64,000 bases of DNA from Polyangiales bacterium. GTDB taxonomy: Bacteria; Myxococcota_A; Polyangia; Polyangiales; Ga0077539. This document shows positions 10,443-20,528 of this stretch, one piece after another (the first letter of the stretch is position 1; each line of letters opens with the position of its first letter). The notes beneath the pieces were generated by a model. It saw nothing but the letters and a program-made list of their open reading frames with translations, did no database searches and was not told the origin of the DNA. Location of the stretch: positions 320,001 through 384,000 of the forward strand of contig JBGARZ010000008.1 in assembly GCA_044229975.1 (NCBI GenBank), given 5' to 3'. The translations under genes were made by a program, and so were the position numbers.

Positions 10443-11342
10443 TCAGTGATGACGTCCTCCGTGATGTCTGGGTGATCGAACCCTCGTCGGGACCGCCTCC
10501 TCGGTCGCTACAGGTGCTGCGGATGCCGCTTCCGGTGCGGGCTCGCTCGCAGGAGGAACGGCAGGCGGGGGCGCAGCAATCGGTATTGTGGGGAGATCCT
10601 CTCGCGCGAGCGTAGCGACTCGCTGGGCCTCCTCGTCGATCAGTACCAGTCCATCGTCGGTGACGGTGAAGTGGTCGAACTCGATCTGCCCCGACGCTGG
10701 GCAGTCCACCGCGAACGTGATGCGGCCTCCAGGCGATACGCGGATCGTTCCGCGGGCCGCCTGCGGCGCCTCCGAGCCGCGCACGGAGACCAGCTCGAAG
10801 GCCCCAGACCGGACGCGCAGCATCATGCGCCGCTCGAACAGGTTGGCGAACGACCGATGGCTCTCCGTACGCACGAGCGCGTAGAGGCCGTCCTGGATGC
10901 TTCCACCCGTCGCGACCGGGAGCGCCCCGCGGACCGTGACGTCGGTCACCAGACGCGCGAGTTCAGAGAACCTGAGGTCGTGGCAGGCAGACACCCAGTT
11001 ATGCTGTGGTGGGGATGGCGGTGGTGGCCGCTCGATCGCCACCGCTGGTGCTGGCGCGACGGAGGAGCCGTGCGACTCCGTGCTGGTCGACGCCACGGTC
11101 GTCTGCGGCGCTGGGTCCACCTCGGGCAGCGGGCCGTCGATCACCGCCTCGACGCAGGTCGTTGGTCCTGGCCGGGTGGGCGTCGGGCAGTACCAGATGC
11201 TCGACGACAGCGGCAGCGTGAACAACGTCTCGACGCGGGTGAACCAGACCTCATCGGTGTGCGACTGGTTGCCGCCGCCGACGCTCCCGATGGTGCTGCA
11301 TCCCGCCACCAACAACGCCGCCAACGGGGCGACGCGCTTCAC
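10443..11342 (-). CDS. Hypothetical lipoprotein
   Basis: GTG start overlaps the upstream stop (GTGA); lipobox LVAGC. Confidence 0.55.
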   Translation of the reverse strand: MKRVAPLAALLVAGCSTIGSVGGGNQSHTDEVWFTRVETLFTLPLSSSIWYCPTPTRPGPTTCVEAVIDGPLPEVDPAPQTTVASTSTESHGSSVAPAPAVAIERPPPPSPPQHNWVSACHDLRFSELARLVTDVTVRGALPVATGGSIQDGLYALVRTESHRSFANLFERRMMLRVRSGAFELVSVRGSEAPQAARGTIRVSPGGRITFAVDCPASGQIEFDHFTVTDDGLVLIDEEAQRVATLAREDLPTIPIAAPPPAVPPASEPAPEAASAAPVATEEAVPTRVRSPRHHGGRHH

Positions 11343-11566
11343 CGGCGCACCGCGACGGCGCCGTGCCGGTTGATGGAGGTCCAACAGCGCGGGACTTCGT
11401 TGATGACGTTGCAGTGGAGGAGGTCGTCGCCGAGGGTGACGAAGGCACTCCCCGGCGTCCCCGTGTGCGCCACATAGTGGGTCGCGCATCCGCCCAACGC
11501 AGCGCTCGAAAACGCGATCAGACAAGCCCGGGCGGCGTCCGCCCCCATCCGCCGAGTACCGCTCAA
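11339..11566 (-). CDS. Small hypothetical lipoprotein
   Basis: Lipobox LGGC; translationally coupled to the downstream ORF. Confidence 0.45.
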   Translation of the reverse strand: MSGTRRMGADAARACLIAFSSAALGGCATHYVAHTGTPGSAFVTLGDDLLHCNVINEVPRCWTSINRHGAVAVRR

Positions 11567-11731
11567 TGGCCGCTCCCGCGCCCGACCTCGGGCGATGCGC
11601 GCTCATACGCTGCGATATCCGCGTCCGGTCAAGAAAGCGCTGGCTGTTCGGCGCGGATGCTCGGGGTCACCTCGCGGATCGAGGCGCTCATCGAACCGCT
11701 GCCACCGCTCAGAGCGGTCGAGCGTCACCCA

Positions 11732-13261
11732 TCAGCGCACGAGCCCGACGTCGAGCTCCACCCGCCACGAGCCGTGCGATGGGTCATCCCAGATGGCCAT
11801 GGTCCCGGCGTGCGAGTCGATGCTCAGCCCAGGGTCGCGGTCGATCCGCGTGCCCGACGGATCGGCGCCGGACACGAGCGCCCGCTGCTCGTCGAAGGTG
11901 CAGTCGAAGAACCCGCGGGTGTCGCCCCCATAGAGCCACACGCCCCCGCAGCGAACCTCCGTCTGGCACTGGTAGCCCGCGCGCGTCGGCCGCCGCGACA
12001 CCGCGAACGCGCACGTCGCCCCGACGGTCGCGCGCGCCGGTCCGGAGATGCTCCGCACGCGCGCCGTGAAGGCCAACGACGGGGCCGCGCGGCGCAGGTC
12101 GAGCCGCTCCGTCCACGGCCACCCGAAGGCACCCGCGTGCGTTTGCAGGGTCATCAGGTCACCCGTGTTGAGCCCACGAAAGGTCGCCGCCGAGACCTGC
12201 ATCTCCACCACGCGATGCGGCTCGTCCCACCACCGAACATCCAGGTACCGGTGTTCGACCTTCCCCCCGCCACGGTGCCGCCGCACGATCATCGCCTCAC
12301 GCGCGACGGCGTCGCTCCCATCGAAGGCCGCGTTGGCCAGGAAGAGCACCTCCGGCCCGAGGACCAGCAGCGCCGGCACGCTGCACAGCACCACCGTGAG
12401 GAAGTTGCGAAACGACCGCGAGTGCCCGCGCACGCGGAGCCACGTCGCCGGGATGAGCAGCAACCACACGAGCCCCATCACCGACGCGGCCTTGTCCTGG
12501 TCGGCCGGGAGCAACGGCGAGCGATAGTCGACGTACCCGATGGGCAGCACGTACAGCCCGAAGAGCGTCACGACGAAGGCCGCAAACGCGACCGTCGCCA
12601 TCACGTCGCCCGGCCGCCGCGACGGCGCGGGGAGGTCCCTCGGGTCGATCGCGGGCACCGCCGTCACCAGCGCCGACAGCGCTTCGAGGGCGCGCTCGAC
12701 CTCCTCGCGAGGAGGCATGACCCCGAGCGTTCCGCCGACGCGCACCGCCGCGGCGTCGGGGCCGAGGCGCACGTACGGCTGCATCGCGAGCAGCGCCTCC
12801 ACCGCCGCGCGTGCCTCCGCGGAGCCCAGCGCGCGCTGCACCAGCGCCTCGGGGTCGTCGGTCTCAAGGTACACGCGCGCGTCGAAGCCCGCGTCGCCGG
12901 TCTGCGTCTCGCGGTTGAGACCTAGGCGCTTGCCCAGGCGATCGAGGCCGGTCTCGCGGCGCGCGTAGATGCGCGGCAGCGACGGCCCGCGCAGCACCAC
13001 CCAGTTGACCTCGTAGCGACCCCAGGGCTCCACCACGAGGGCCGCGCGCAGTCCCCGCCACGTGAACTCGGCGCCGCGCTGCGGTCGCGTCGACCACGGA
13101 ACGGTGATGTCCGTAGGCGGTCCTGCGCCGAGGGTCGGAGCGTAGGTGCTCAGGCGCTCGTCGCGACGTCGACGACGCGAGCGCTCGGCCAGCGGCATGA
13201 TGATGCCGACGACCAGCACCAGAACCAGCAGCATGATCGTGGCCATGACGGGGATGTCCAT
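11732..13261 (-). CDS. Hypothetical membrane protein
   Basis: N-terminal TM segment, three central TM segments and a Cys-containing C-terminal domain. Confidence 0.6.
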   Translation of the reverse strand: MDIPVMATIMLLVLVLVVGIIMPLAERSRRRRRDERLSTYAPTLGAGPPTDITVPWSTRPQRGAEFTWRGLRAALVVEPWGRYEVNWVVLRGPSLPRIYARRETGLDRLGKRLGLNRETQTGDAGFDARVYLETDDPEALVQRALGSAEARAAVEALLAMQPYVRLGPDAAAVRVGGTLGVMPPREEVERALEALSALVTAVPAIDPRDLPAPSRRPGDVMATVAFAAFVVTLFGLYVLPIGYVDYRSPLLPADQDKAASVMGLVWLLLIPATWLRVRGHSRSFRNFLTVVLCSVPALLVLGPEVLFLANAAFDGSDAVAREAMIVRRHRGGGKVEHRYLDVRWWDEPHRVVEMQVSAATFRGLNTGDLMTLQTHAGAFGWPWTERLDLRRAAPSLAFTARVRSISGPARATVGATCAFAVSRRPTRAGYQCQTEVRCGGVWLYGGDTRGFFDCTFDEQRALVSGADPSGTRIDRDPGLSIDSHAGTMAIWDDPSHGSWRVELDVGLVR

Positions 13262-13434
13262 GTCGGCTGCGGCCGACAGTACACCCCTACACGCCGGGTC
13301 AGCGCGGCCCGGCGGAGCCGACGCGGGACGCCGCGCCCGCGCACACGCCGTCGCCGTCGGCACTTTGCAATCGAGCGCAGGGACCTATGCAGGGAAGCGC
13401 CCGCCCCGAACTCCCCGCACGGAGCCAACCCCTG

Positions 13435-13917
13435 ATGAACGCGATCTCCCTATTGGTCCAGCAGCACCGGCAGATGGAAGAGATGTTCGACGCGGCGTTG
13501 AAGGCTGCGGGGAAGCAGCGGACGAAGCTCTGCGGCGACGTCTCCGACGCACTGATGTCCCACGTGTCCGTCGAGGAGGAGTTCTTCTACCCGGCGGTGC
13601 GGGTGAAGCGCACCGAGGACGCCATCCACGAGTCGCTCGAAGAGCACCTGTCGCTCAAGCGCCTCGTGACCGACCTCCTCGACCTCGACGCGGCCGACCC
13701 CGCCTACGAGTCGAAGCTCCACGTCTTGAAGGAGCAGGCCGAGCACCACCACGAAGAGGAAGAAGAGAAGCTCTTCCCGCGGGTGAAGAAGCTCCTCACC
13801 GACGACGAGCTCGACGAGCTCGGCGACGACATGGAAGAGGCGCAGACGAAGCTCCTCGCGGGCCATCCGCGGGAGCTCGCGCGCAAGCAGACCGCCGCGG
13901 CCGCCGCGGTGAAGTAG
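13435..13917 (+). CDS. Hemerythrin/HHE cation-binding domain protein
   Basis: QQH, HVSVEEEFFYP, EEH and HHHEEEEEKLFP motifs. Confidence 0.9.
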   Translation: MNAISLLVQQHRQMEEMFDAALKAAGKQRTKLCGDVSDALMSHVSVEEEFFYPAVRVKRTEDAIHESLEEHLSLKRLVTDLLDLDAADPAYESKLHVLKEQAEHHHEEEEEKLFPRVKKLLTDDELDELGDDMEEAQTKLLAGHPRELARKQTAAAAAVK

Positions 13918-14087
13918 CGGGCGAACGATCTCTGCGAGCCGGTGAGTGCCAGCGAGCGCACTGCCACCACGACATGCCGACGATCAGCAGCCCGCGAGCG
14001 TCGACGGGACGCCGCGGGGCAGAGCGACGCCCCCATGACGATGCCTCCACGATGGTCGCTGGTGGCCGTGGCCTTCGTCGTCATGGC

Positions 14088-14423
14088 TTACAGCGTGCGT
14101 CGACACGCATCGCAGGCGTACACGAACGCCCCGACGCTCCGCATGCCCGTGTCGATCTCGACGTGCTCGGTCGCGACGGCCACCTTCCCGGCGCGCAGGC
14201 AGGGTTCGCACAGGTCGATGCCCGTCTGGAGAAACGCCTCACGCACGGCCGCGAAGCCCGCGCTGGCCTGGAGCGACTCCACGAATCCCGAAAGCTCCGC
14301 GAGGGTGCACGCGCCCTGGCTGAGGCCGCGCTCGCGCACGCGGGCCAGGAAGACGTCGAGCTTCTGCGGGGTCACAAGGCCGCGGAACACTGGCGCGGCT
14401 GGGCGCTTGCGGGGCCTGGTCAT
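14088..14423 (-). CDS. Small hypothetical protein with two CxxC motifs
   Basis: CEPC...CDAC. Confidence 0.4.
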   Translation of the reverse strand: MTRPRKRPAAPVFRGLVTPQKLDVFLARVRERGLSQGACTLAELSGFVESLQASAGFAAVREAFLQTGIDLCEPCLRAGKVAVATEHVEIDTGMRSVGAFVYACDACRRTL

Positions 14424-14453
14424 CGGTGGGGGTTCACGAGGGGGTTGCTTTGA

Positions 14454-15248
14454 TCAGACGAGGCCGAGCTCGGCGTCGGTCGCGATCGGGCCGGCCTTGT
14501 CCTGCGGAGGCCACGGCCGCTTTGACCAGTCGGGCTCGAAGACGAACGACGACCGCGTGCGCCCCGGCAACAGCGCCCCGTTTCCGGCCCCGCGCGCGTA
14601 GTCGTAATAGAGCTTGATGATCTCCTCGCGCGTCACCTGCTGCGCGGCGGGATGATGGAGACACGCCTCGCGCCAGTGCCGGACGCGGGCGTACTTCGGC
14701 TCGTCCGGGAGCTCGAAGCCCTCGTAGTACTCGACGAACCAGAAGCGCATGAACATCGGCGTGTAGACCGCCTCGACCCAGCCGAAGTCCGACCAGAGAA
14801 ACGTCTCGCCCTTCGCGTAGCGGACGAGCAGCGTGTCGAGCAGCGCGTACTGCGCCAGCAGCTTGTCGCGCAGCAGGTCGCGCTTCGAGGCGTCCTGGTT
14901 CATGACGTAGCCGTAGCCCGCGCCGACGAAGTCACTGCACACCGCGGCGAACATGTTCTCGACGCCGCGCTCGAAGGGGTCGCGCGACGCGACGCGAGGC
15001 TCGGGGAAGCGGTCTTCGACGTACTGCATGAGCACGAGGCTCTCGCGCAGGACACCTCCCTCCTCCGTCTCGAGAAACGGCAGCGCGCTCGTGCCGGGCG
15101 TCTTCGCGAGGAGCGCCGGGTCACGCGGCTTCGTGATGTCGACCACCTCGAAGGCGATCTGCCCCGCGAGCCCCTTGAGCGCGAGCAGGATCTCGAGGCG
15201 TTGGCTGAATGGACACACCGGGATGTGATGGACGACGAGCTTTGCCAT
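14454..15248 (-). CDS. Glutathione S-transferase (Cys-type, CPF motif)
   Basis: CPFSQR, LPFL, ESLVLMQYVE. Confidence 0.85.
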   Translation of the reverse strand: MAKLVVHHIPVCPFSQRLEILLALKGLAGQIAFEVVDITKPRDPALLAKTPGTSALPFLETEEGGVLRESLVLMQYVEDRFPEPRVASRDPFERGVENMFAAVCSDFVGAGYGYVMNQDASKRDLLRDKLLAQYALLDTLLVRYAKGETFLWSDFGWVEAVYTPMFMRFWFVEYYEGFELPDEPKYARVRHWREACLHHPAAQQVTREEIIKLYYDYARGAGNGALLPGRTRSSFVFEPDWSKRPWPPQDKAGPIATDAELGLV

Positions 15249-15417
15249 GGCGCGCGACGTTAACCCTCTCACCCCATCGTCGCGAGCGGCGGTAGTGTCC
15301 GGGCTCGCCGTAGGTCGGAGCGGGGCCACGGTCGTGGGCGCCGCTGGGAGCGACGCCGACTGCGCCTTCGGCGCCAACGTCATCGTCGACGGGCTCCATC
15401 GCAGGCAGTAGCGCGCC

Positions 15418-16311
15418 TCACCCCGACGTCCGCACGTCGACGTCCGGTCGCGCCCGGCGCAGCGCCTCCACCGCTCCGGCGTCGCGCCCGAGCGGCGTTG
15501 CCTTGAGGTCGAGCACGCGCAGCGCGGGCAGCACCTCGATCTGCTGGACGCCGAAGTCGGCCAGTGGGTTGCCCGAAAGGATGAGGCGTTCGAGCTGCGT
15601 CCAAGGCTGCATCGACAGGTCCACCGCGGCGAGCTGGTTGCCCATCAGCGAGAGGTCGCGACACGCGGTGAACCTCCCCAGCGCGCGAGGAAGCGCCGTC
15701 AGCTCGTCCCAGTCCAGCGCGATCGAACTGCGCGCGTCGACCGGATCGACTCCGCCGAGGAGCCCCTCCCAGTCGTCGAGGCGCGCCCGCGTGACGACCA
15801 CCGGCCAGTGAGCCGGGAGCGCCCGCAGGCTCTCCCGGTACGCCTCGAAGGACCGCGCCTTGAGCTCGTCCGCACACGCCCAATCGCCCACCCGGAGGTA
15901 CGCGTCGATGATCGCCGCAGGGCCTTCGCTCAAGGTCGCGTCCGCATAGCCCAGCGCCGCGAGTTCGCTGCGCAGGGACTCCCAGAGAGCGGCGAGCGTC
16001 GCGATCGCGCCATCGGTGCACGGTCCGACGGAAACGCTCACCGAGCAGGCGCTGAAGTGGTGCGCGTCCCCGCCGTCGTAGGACGTCTGGTGGCCCAGGG
16101 TGAAGTCCGCTCGCAGCGCACCCGCGAGCATCGCGGTCGCGCTCACCATGCGCGCGTAGTAGTCGCGGGGGTTGCCCTCCCACGCCGTGAAGCGTGGCTC
16201 CACGCGCTGACCGAGCGCCCGCCCGAACGCTTCGGTCAGCTCATCCAGGGGCGAACCCGCGGCCTTGCGAAACCGCAGCGACCAGAACACCGGCGGAGCG
16301 CTCACGGGCAT
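15418..16311 (-). CDS. Leucine-rich repeat protein
   Basis: C-terminal LxxLxLxGNxL repeats. Confidence 0.7.
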   Translation of the reverse strand: MPVSAPPVFWSLRFRKAAGSPLDELTEAFGRALGQRVEPRFTAWEGNPRDYYARMVSATAMLAGALRADFTLGHQTSYDGGDAHHFSACSVSVSVGPCTDGAIATLAALWESLRSELAALGYADATLSEGPAAIIDAYLRVGDWACADELKARSFEAYRESLRALPAHWPVVVTRARLDDWEGLLGGVDPVDARSSIALDWDELTALPRALGRFTACRDLSLMGNQLAAVDLSMQPWTQLERLILSGNPLADFGVQQIEVLPALRVLDLKATPLGRDAGAVEALRRARPDVDVRTSG

Positions 16312-16408
16312 GGCGGGAGCCTATCGCGCCGCGACCCTCCGCGCGCGTTGGGCGTCGAGCAGAGTGGGTGACTCTCCGTTGGACCTCGCCATCGAGTAGG
16401 AAGACACC

Positions 16409-16669
16409 ATGAGTGACCCGTTGGCCCACCTCGACGCGCTCTACCGCCGCACCGACTACGTCGTTCACCTGAAGGCGGGCGACCTCGTGCTGCACGTCGA
16501 CGTGGCCGACCCCGCGGCGGACGAGCGCCTGCGACGCGAGGCCGGGTGCACGAGCCACTGGGCGCTCGTCACGCCGTGCAACCCGCGCTCACGCCCGCTC
16601 ACCGCCGAAGAGAACGCCGAGCGCTACGAGCACTTTCGTCGATGTCAGGGTCGTGGTTCACAGAGATGA
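16409..16669 (+). pseudogene. Probably truncated DUF3293-like protein
   Basis: LYRRTDYVV...WALVTPCNPRS..LTAEEN, then an abrupt break into unrelated sequence. Confidence 0.55.
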
Positions 16670-16931
16670 GCGCGTGGTAGTTACCGCTCCCGCGCAGCAC
16701 CCACCAGCTCGACAAGGTCTCTGGCCCCGGTGGCTCGGTGTGGAGCTTCCAGGAAGTTTCGTAGGTGTCGTCGTGCCAGCGCTCGTCCCAGAGGATCGTT
16801 CCGCCGATCTCCGCGAGACGCGCAGGATCGCCGGGCGCCAGCGCGACGCACGCCAGACAGAGGTCTCCGTCGGGGCCGCTTTCGGTCGAAGCAAACGAGG
16901 GCCACCGGCCCGGCAGAGCGCTGAACATCAC
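16599..16931 (-). pseudogene. Hypothetical gene fragment overlapping the DUF3293-like relic
   Basis: Lower-GC, protein-like ORF running convergently into the relic. Confidence 0.3.
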
Positions 16932-16978
16932 CCGATACTAACGCCTGCCAGGTCGCCGACTCCGCCTCGGCACAACCG

Positions 16979-18565
16979 CTACGGGATCATCAGCGAGAAG
17001 CGCGCGCCGCAGTACCCGAGGCTCTCGTCGCCGGACGCGAGCTGCGACCCGCCCTCGTGGTGCCAGTACCAGCGGCTGAGCGCCGGGGAGACCGTGAACG
17101 AGCACATGTCCGAGAGGCTCATGTAGTTCGCGATGACGCTCGTGGTCCCGTCGGGGATGCGCGTGCGCACGATGGTCTGCGGGTCGCGCACGTACGCGAG
17201 GTGGATCGCCCCGCCGAAGAACTCCGCGACGCCCCAGAACGCCCACGTCTCGCAGGTGTTGAAGGTGAGGTCGAAGGGCAGCGGGCCGATCTCCGCGACC
17301 ACGCCGGTCGAGGGATTCACGTCGTACGCGCGACGGTTGGCGTAGAGGACGAAGCGCCCATAGCCCGAGAAGATGCCCGTCGGCGTCGAGCGACGAACGG
17401 GGATCGGGCGGGACAGCGGGATGTTCCGCGGCAGCAGCGCGCCGCTCACCGCGTCGACGAGCGCGATCTGGTTGATGACGACGGTCGTGTCGCCGATGGG
17501 CGCGCCGTCGGATCGCAGCGAGTAGACCTGCCCCGTGGAGAGGTCGGAGACGAGGCCGTCGTCGACGCGGTCGGTGGGCGTGGCCGTCAGCGTGAGGAGG
17601 TCGAAGGCAGCCGTGCGCCGGTCGCCCGTGTAGAAGACGCGCCGCGCCGAGATGGCGATGCCGCCGCGGTCGTCGCCGGTCGCCGGCTCGTGTGAGACGA
17701 CCCGGCAGCCCGAGCCATCCAACGCGTCGATGCGAAACGGCGCTCCCGTGGGAGGCGGCGAGACGCGGCAGGTGCCGCCGGTGCACATCGTCCCGGCGGA
17801 GCACTCGCGGCCGCAGCCGCCGCAGTTCTGGGAGTCGACGAGCGGGTCGACGCACTCGGCGCCGCAGAGGATCTGCCCCGCGCGACACGCGGACTGGCAC
17901 TCGCCGTTGACGCAGGAGAGCCCGACCGCCGCGCAGGAGCGACCGCACACGCCGCAGTGGGCGGGGTCGGAGCGCGGATCGACGCAGGCCCCGAAGCAGC
18001 TCATCGCGGGCGGCGCGCAGAGCGACTGGCACCGTCCGCTCAGGCAGACGCCGCCCAGCCCGCAGGCGCGACCACACGCGCCGCAATTGCTCGCGTCGCT
18101 GTTGAGGTCGACGCAGCTCACCCCGCAACGAACGCGCACCCCGCTACAGACTTCGACGCAGACGCTGGCTTCGCACACCGTGCCGGGGGCGCAGCGGTTG
18201 CCGCAGCCACCGCAGTTGTCGGGGTCGGCACGCAGGTCGATGCAGCGCACGCCGCACAGCGAGGTGGGTGGCACGCACGGGGTCATGCGACATGCGCCGT
18301 TGGAGCACGCGCTGTCGCCGCACACGGCGCCGCACGCGCCGCAGTTGAAGTTGTCATTGAGGGTGTCGACGCAGCGCCCGCTGCAGAGCGTCTGGAAGTC
18401 GGCGCAGGTGCGCGGCACATCGGGCGTGGGCGGGACGTCGGGGGTGACGGGGAGGTCATCGGTCGACGCGTCGGCGGGATGGTCGACGGGGTCGCGAAGG
18501 ATCGTGCGCGCGCCACAGCCAACGAGGACGCCCAGCAGCAGAAGGAAGCGAAGAGAAGTACCCAT
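16979..18565 (-). CDS. Cys-rich repeat lipoprotein with uncharacterised C-terminal beta domain
   Basis: Lipobox LVGC; five CVDxxxDxxNCGxCGxxC units. Confidence 0.8.
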   Translation of the reverse strand: MGTSLRFLLLLGVLVGCGARTILRDPVDHPADASTDDLPVTPDVPPTPDVPRTCADFQTLCSGRCVDTLNDNFNCGACGAVCGDSACSNGACRMTPCVPPTSLCGVRCIDLRADPDNCGGCGNRCAPGTVCEASVCVEVCSGVRVRCGVSCVDLNSDASNCGACGRACGLGGVCLSGRCQSLCAPPAMSCFGACVDPRSDPAHCGVCGRSCAAVGLSCVNGECQSACRAGQILCGAECVDPLVDSQNCGGCGRECSAGTMCTGGTCRVSPPPTGAPFRIDALDGSGCRVVSHEPATGDDRGGIAISARRVFYTGDRRTAAFDLLTLTATPTDRVDDGLVSDLSTGQVYSLRSDGAPIGDTTVVINQIALVDAVSGALLPRNIPLSRPIPVRRSTPTGIFSGYGRFVLYANRRAYDVNPSTGVVAEIGPLPFDLTFNTCETWAFWGVAEFFGGAIHLAYVRDPQTIVRTRIPDGTTSVIANYMSLSDMCSFTVSPALSRWYWHHEGGSQLASGDESLGYCGARFSLMIP

Positions 18566-18685
18566 AGGGCGGCGAAGGGAACACAGACCGTCGACGCGCA
18601 TCAAGATCGCGGAGCCCATCGGCGCGGCCACGTCCGACCCGCCGTCGGCTTGACGGGCATCGCGCCCGAGGGAGAGCCTCGTTCG

Positions 18686-19750
18686 ATGCCGTACCGCGAG
18701 CCATCGCTGAAGGCCCCCGCCCGAGGCACCGCGGCGGGTCGGTGTCTGGGTCGTCGCAGCCTCGCTGGCCCTGGGGTGCGGCGCTGGTCACCGCGCGGGT
18801 CTCTGGTCGCGCGCCCGCGGTCGTGGTCGTCCCGCCCGCGACGCCCCCCACGGAGCCCGTCATTGCGTGGGGCACCCAGCTCCGGATCGCGGACCGCCCC
18901 GCCGACGGCAGTCAGCAGATCGTCGCCGGGTCCATGCGTTTCACTGCGACTTCGGCGGGCCGCATCGAGGTGGCGCCGATGCGCTTCGAGGCGGACATCG
19001 CCGGCGCGACCCGGTCAACGACGGCTGGGTGTTCGTGACCATCGCGGGTGATGTCGCATGCAGCGATACCCTCCTCGGTCCGCTCCGCGCGCTCGGTCGA
19101 GTCCACGATCTCATCGACTTCGCGCGGCGTGACGGCGACCACGACGGGCGGACGCCTGTTGCTGGAAGCCGATGGGGTCCTTCGCCATCGACCGGACGCG
19201 CGGCGTTCCGATGCGCGCTGGGAGGTCGACCGTGCCGTCAGGATGAGAGGCAGACCCGGCGCGGGCGCCAATCGACAACTTCACCAGATATCCCTTGCGC
19301 GCTTCGGGTATTCGGGTATCTTGCCGGTCCCTTCGACCTGCGAGTTGCGCCATGCCCTGCTTCAACACACCGCTCTGACGACACGCCACCGACGATGCGC
19401 CATCCGCGCATCTCGGATGAGATCGCGTGCCGACGCGGGGGCGGTACAGGGTTGACCTACTTCGTAACTATAACGGGCCTAAGGTAGCGAACTCGGGTGA
19501 CCGAGCTAGTCAGCGCCGGGCGCATCCCGCTTGCGGGCGTGTGCCCTGGTCTGCGCGTGTTGCAGCGCGCAGATCGCAGCGCGTGTCGACGGCCCGACGG
19601 TGTCTCGTACACCCGTCGGGCACGGACGCCGTGCGCCGTCGTCCTCCGCGAGGAGGGCTCATGGCCACACTGGTCAATCCGCCTCTTCCCCTCCGTGTCG
19701 GCCAGGGCGACGTTGCTTTGTCTTCAATCAAGTCGCCAATGGTCGCATTC
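18686..19750 (+). pseudogene. Multiply frameshifted hypothetical gene relic
   Basis: Protein-like segments switch among all three + frames; in-frame stops. Confidence 0.4.
19463..19491 (+). other. Isolated 23S rRNA helix-69 region / I-CeuI recognition-site match (28/29)
   Basis: CGTAACTATAACGGgCCTAAGGTAGCGAA vs CGTAACTATAACGGTCCTAAGGTAGCGAA; flanks are not rRNA-like. Confidence 0.85.
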
Positions 19751-19755
19751 GGGAC

Positions 19756-20397
19756 CTACGCCGCAGTATCAACGCGGCGCGCGTCATCGAGGTCGAAGCG
19801 CTGCGTAAACACCGTCGCGAAGCTGAACGCCGCCACCTGCCAGAACCACACGCTCGTGAACACGAAGCCGATACCCCCGGCGAGCAGGCCCACGAACGAC
19901 AGCGCCATCGCGGGCAGCACGATGCTCCACGCCTTCCAGTAGGCGACGCCCCCTTCGCCCACCCGCCGCAGCGCCCGGAGCGGATCGAAGATCTCGCGCG
20001 GGTCGAGCTCCTTGCAGTAATGGGACATGTACCCGGGGATCGCGATCACCGCGAGCAGCCACAACAAAGCCCCGACCACCACCAGTGGGGTCACGCGAAA
20101 CCACAGCCCGAGGGCGGCGAGCGTCACGCCCGGCCACCCGTACCAGACCATTCCCAGGAAGGTCATCGCGCCGTGCTTCAGGAGATCCTTCGGGTCGTCC
20201 CACGCAGGCCACGGCGTCTCCCCCCGGTGCATGCGATGAACGACCCGTATCCGATGGCCCATGTTCATCAGCCAGCCGACCACGGGTACGAGGAGCCACA
20301 GACCCCCGATGACGATGTCACGACGCGAGGCTTCGGACTGAAGCGGGAAGCGGAATGAGTTGCCCAGGGTGAGCCTGTCACGCAGGTCGATGGTCAT
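19756..20397 (-). CDS. DUF4013-like membrane protein
   Basis: SFRFP...IVIGGL..LVPVVGW...G...P W pattern; multiple TM segments. Confidence 0.65.
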   Translation of the reverse strand: MTIDLRDRLTLGNSFRFPLQSEASRRDIVIGGLWLLVPVVGWLMNMGHRIRVVHRMHRGETPWPAWDDPKDLLKHGAMTFLGMVWYGWPGVTLAALGLWFRVTPLVVVGALLWLLAVIAIPGYMSHYCKELDPREIFDPLRALRRVGEGGVAYWKAWSIVLPAMALSFVGLLAGGIGFVFTSVWFWQVAAFSFATVFTQRFDLDDARRVDTAA

Positions 20398-20528
20398 GGC
20401 TCATGTTCGCAGAGACCCGGAGCAGACCACAGCGCGCGATGATTTCAACGCGATGTCAACCGCTCGTAGACAGCGCGCGACGCCCGTGCCTACGATCCGA
20501 AATCTGGATTGTCGGAAGGGGAACTTCG

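Noticed and set aside
19400..19550. rRNA gene or large rRNA pseudogene
   Set aside because: Similarity is limited to 29 bp.
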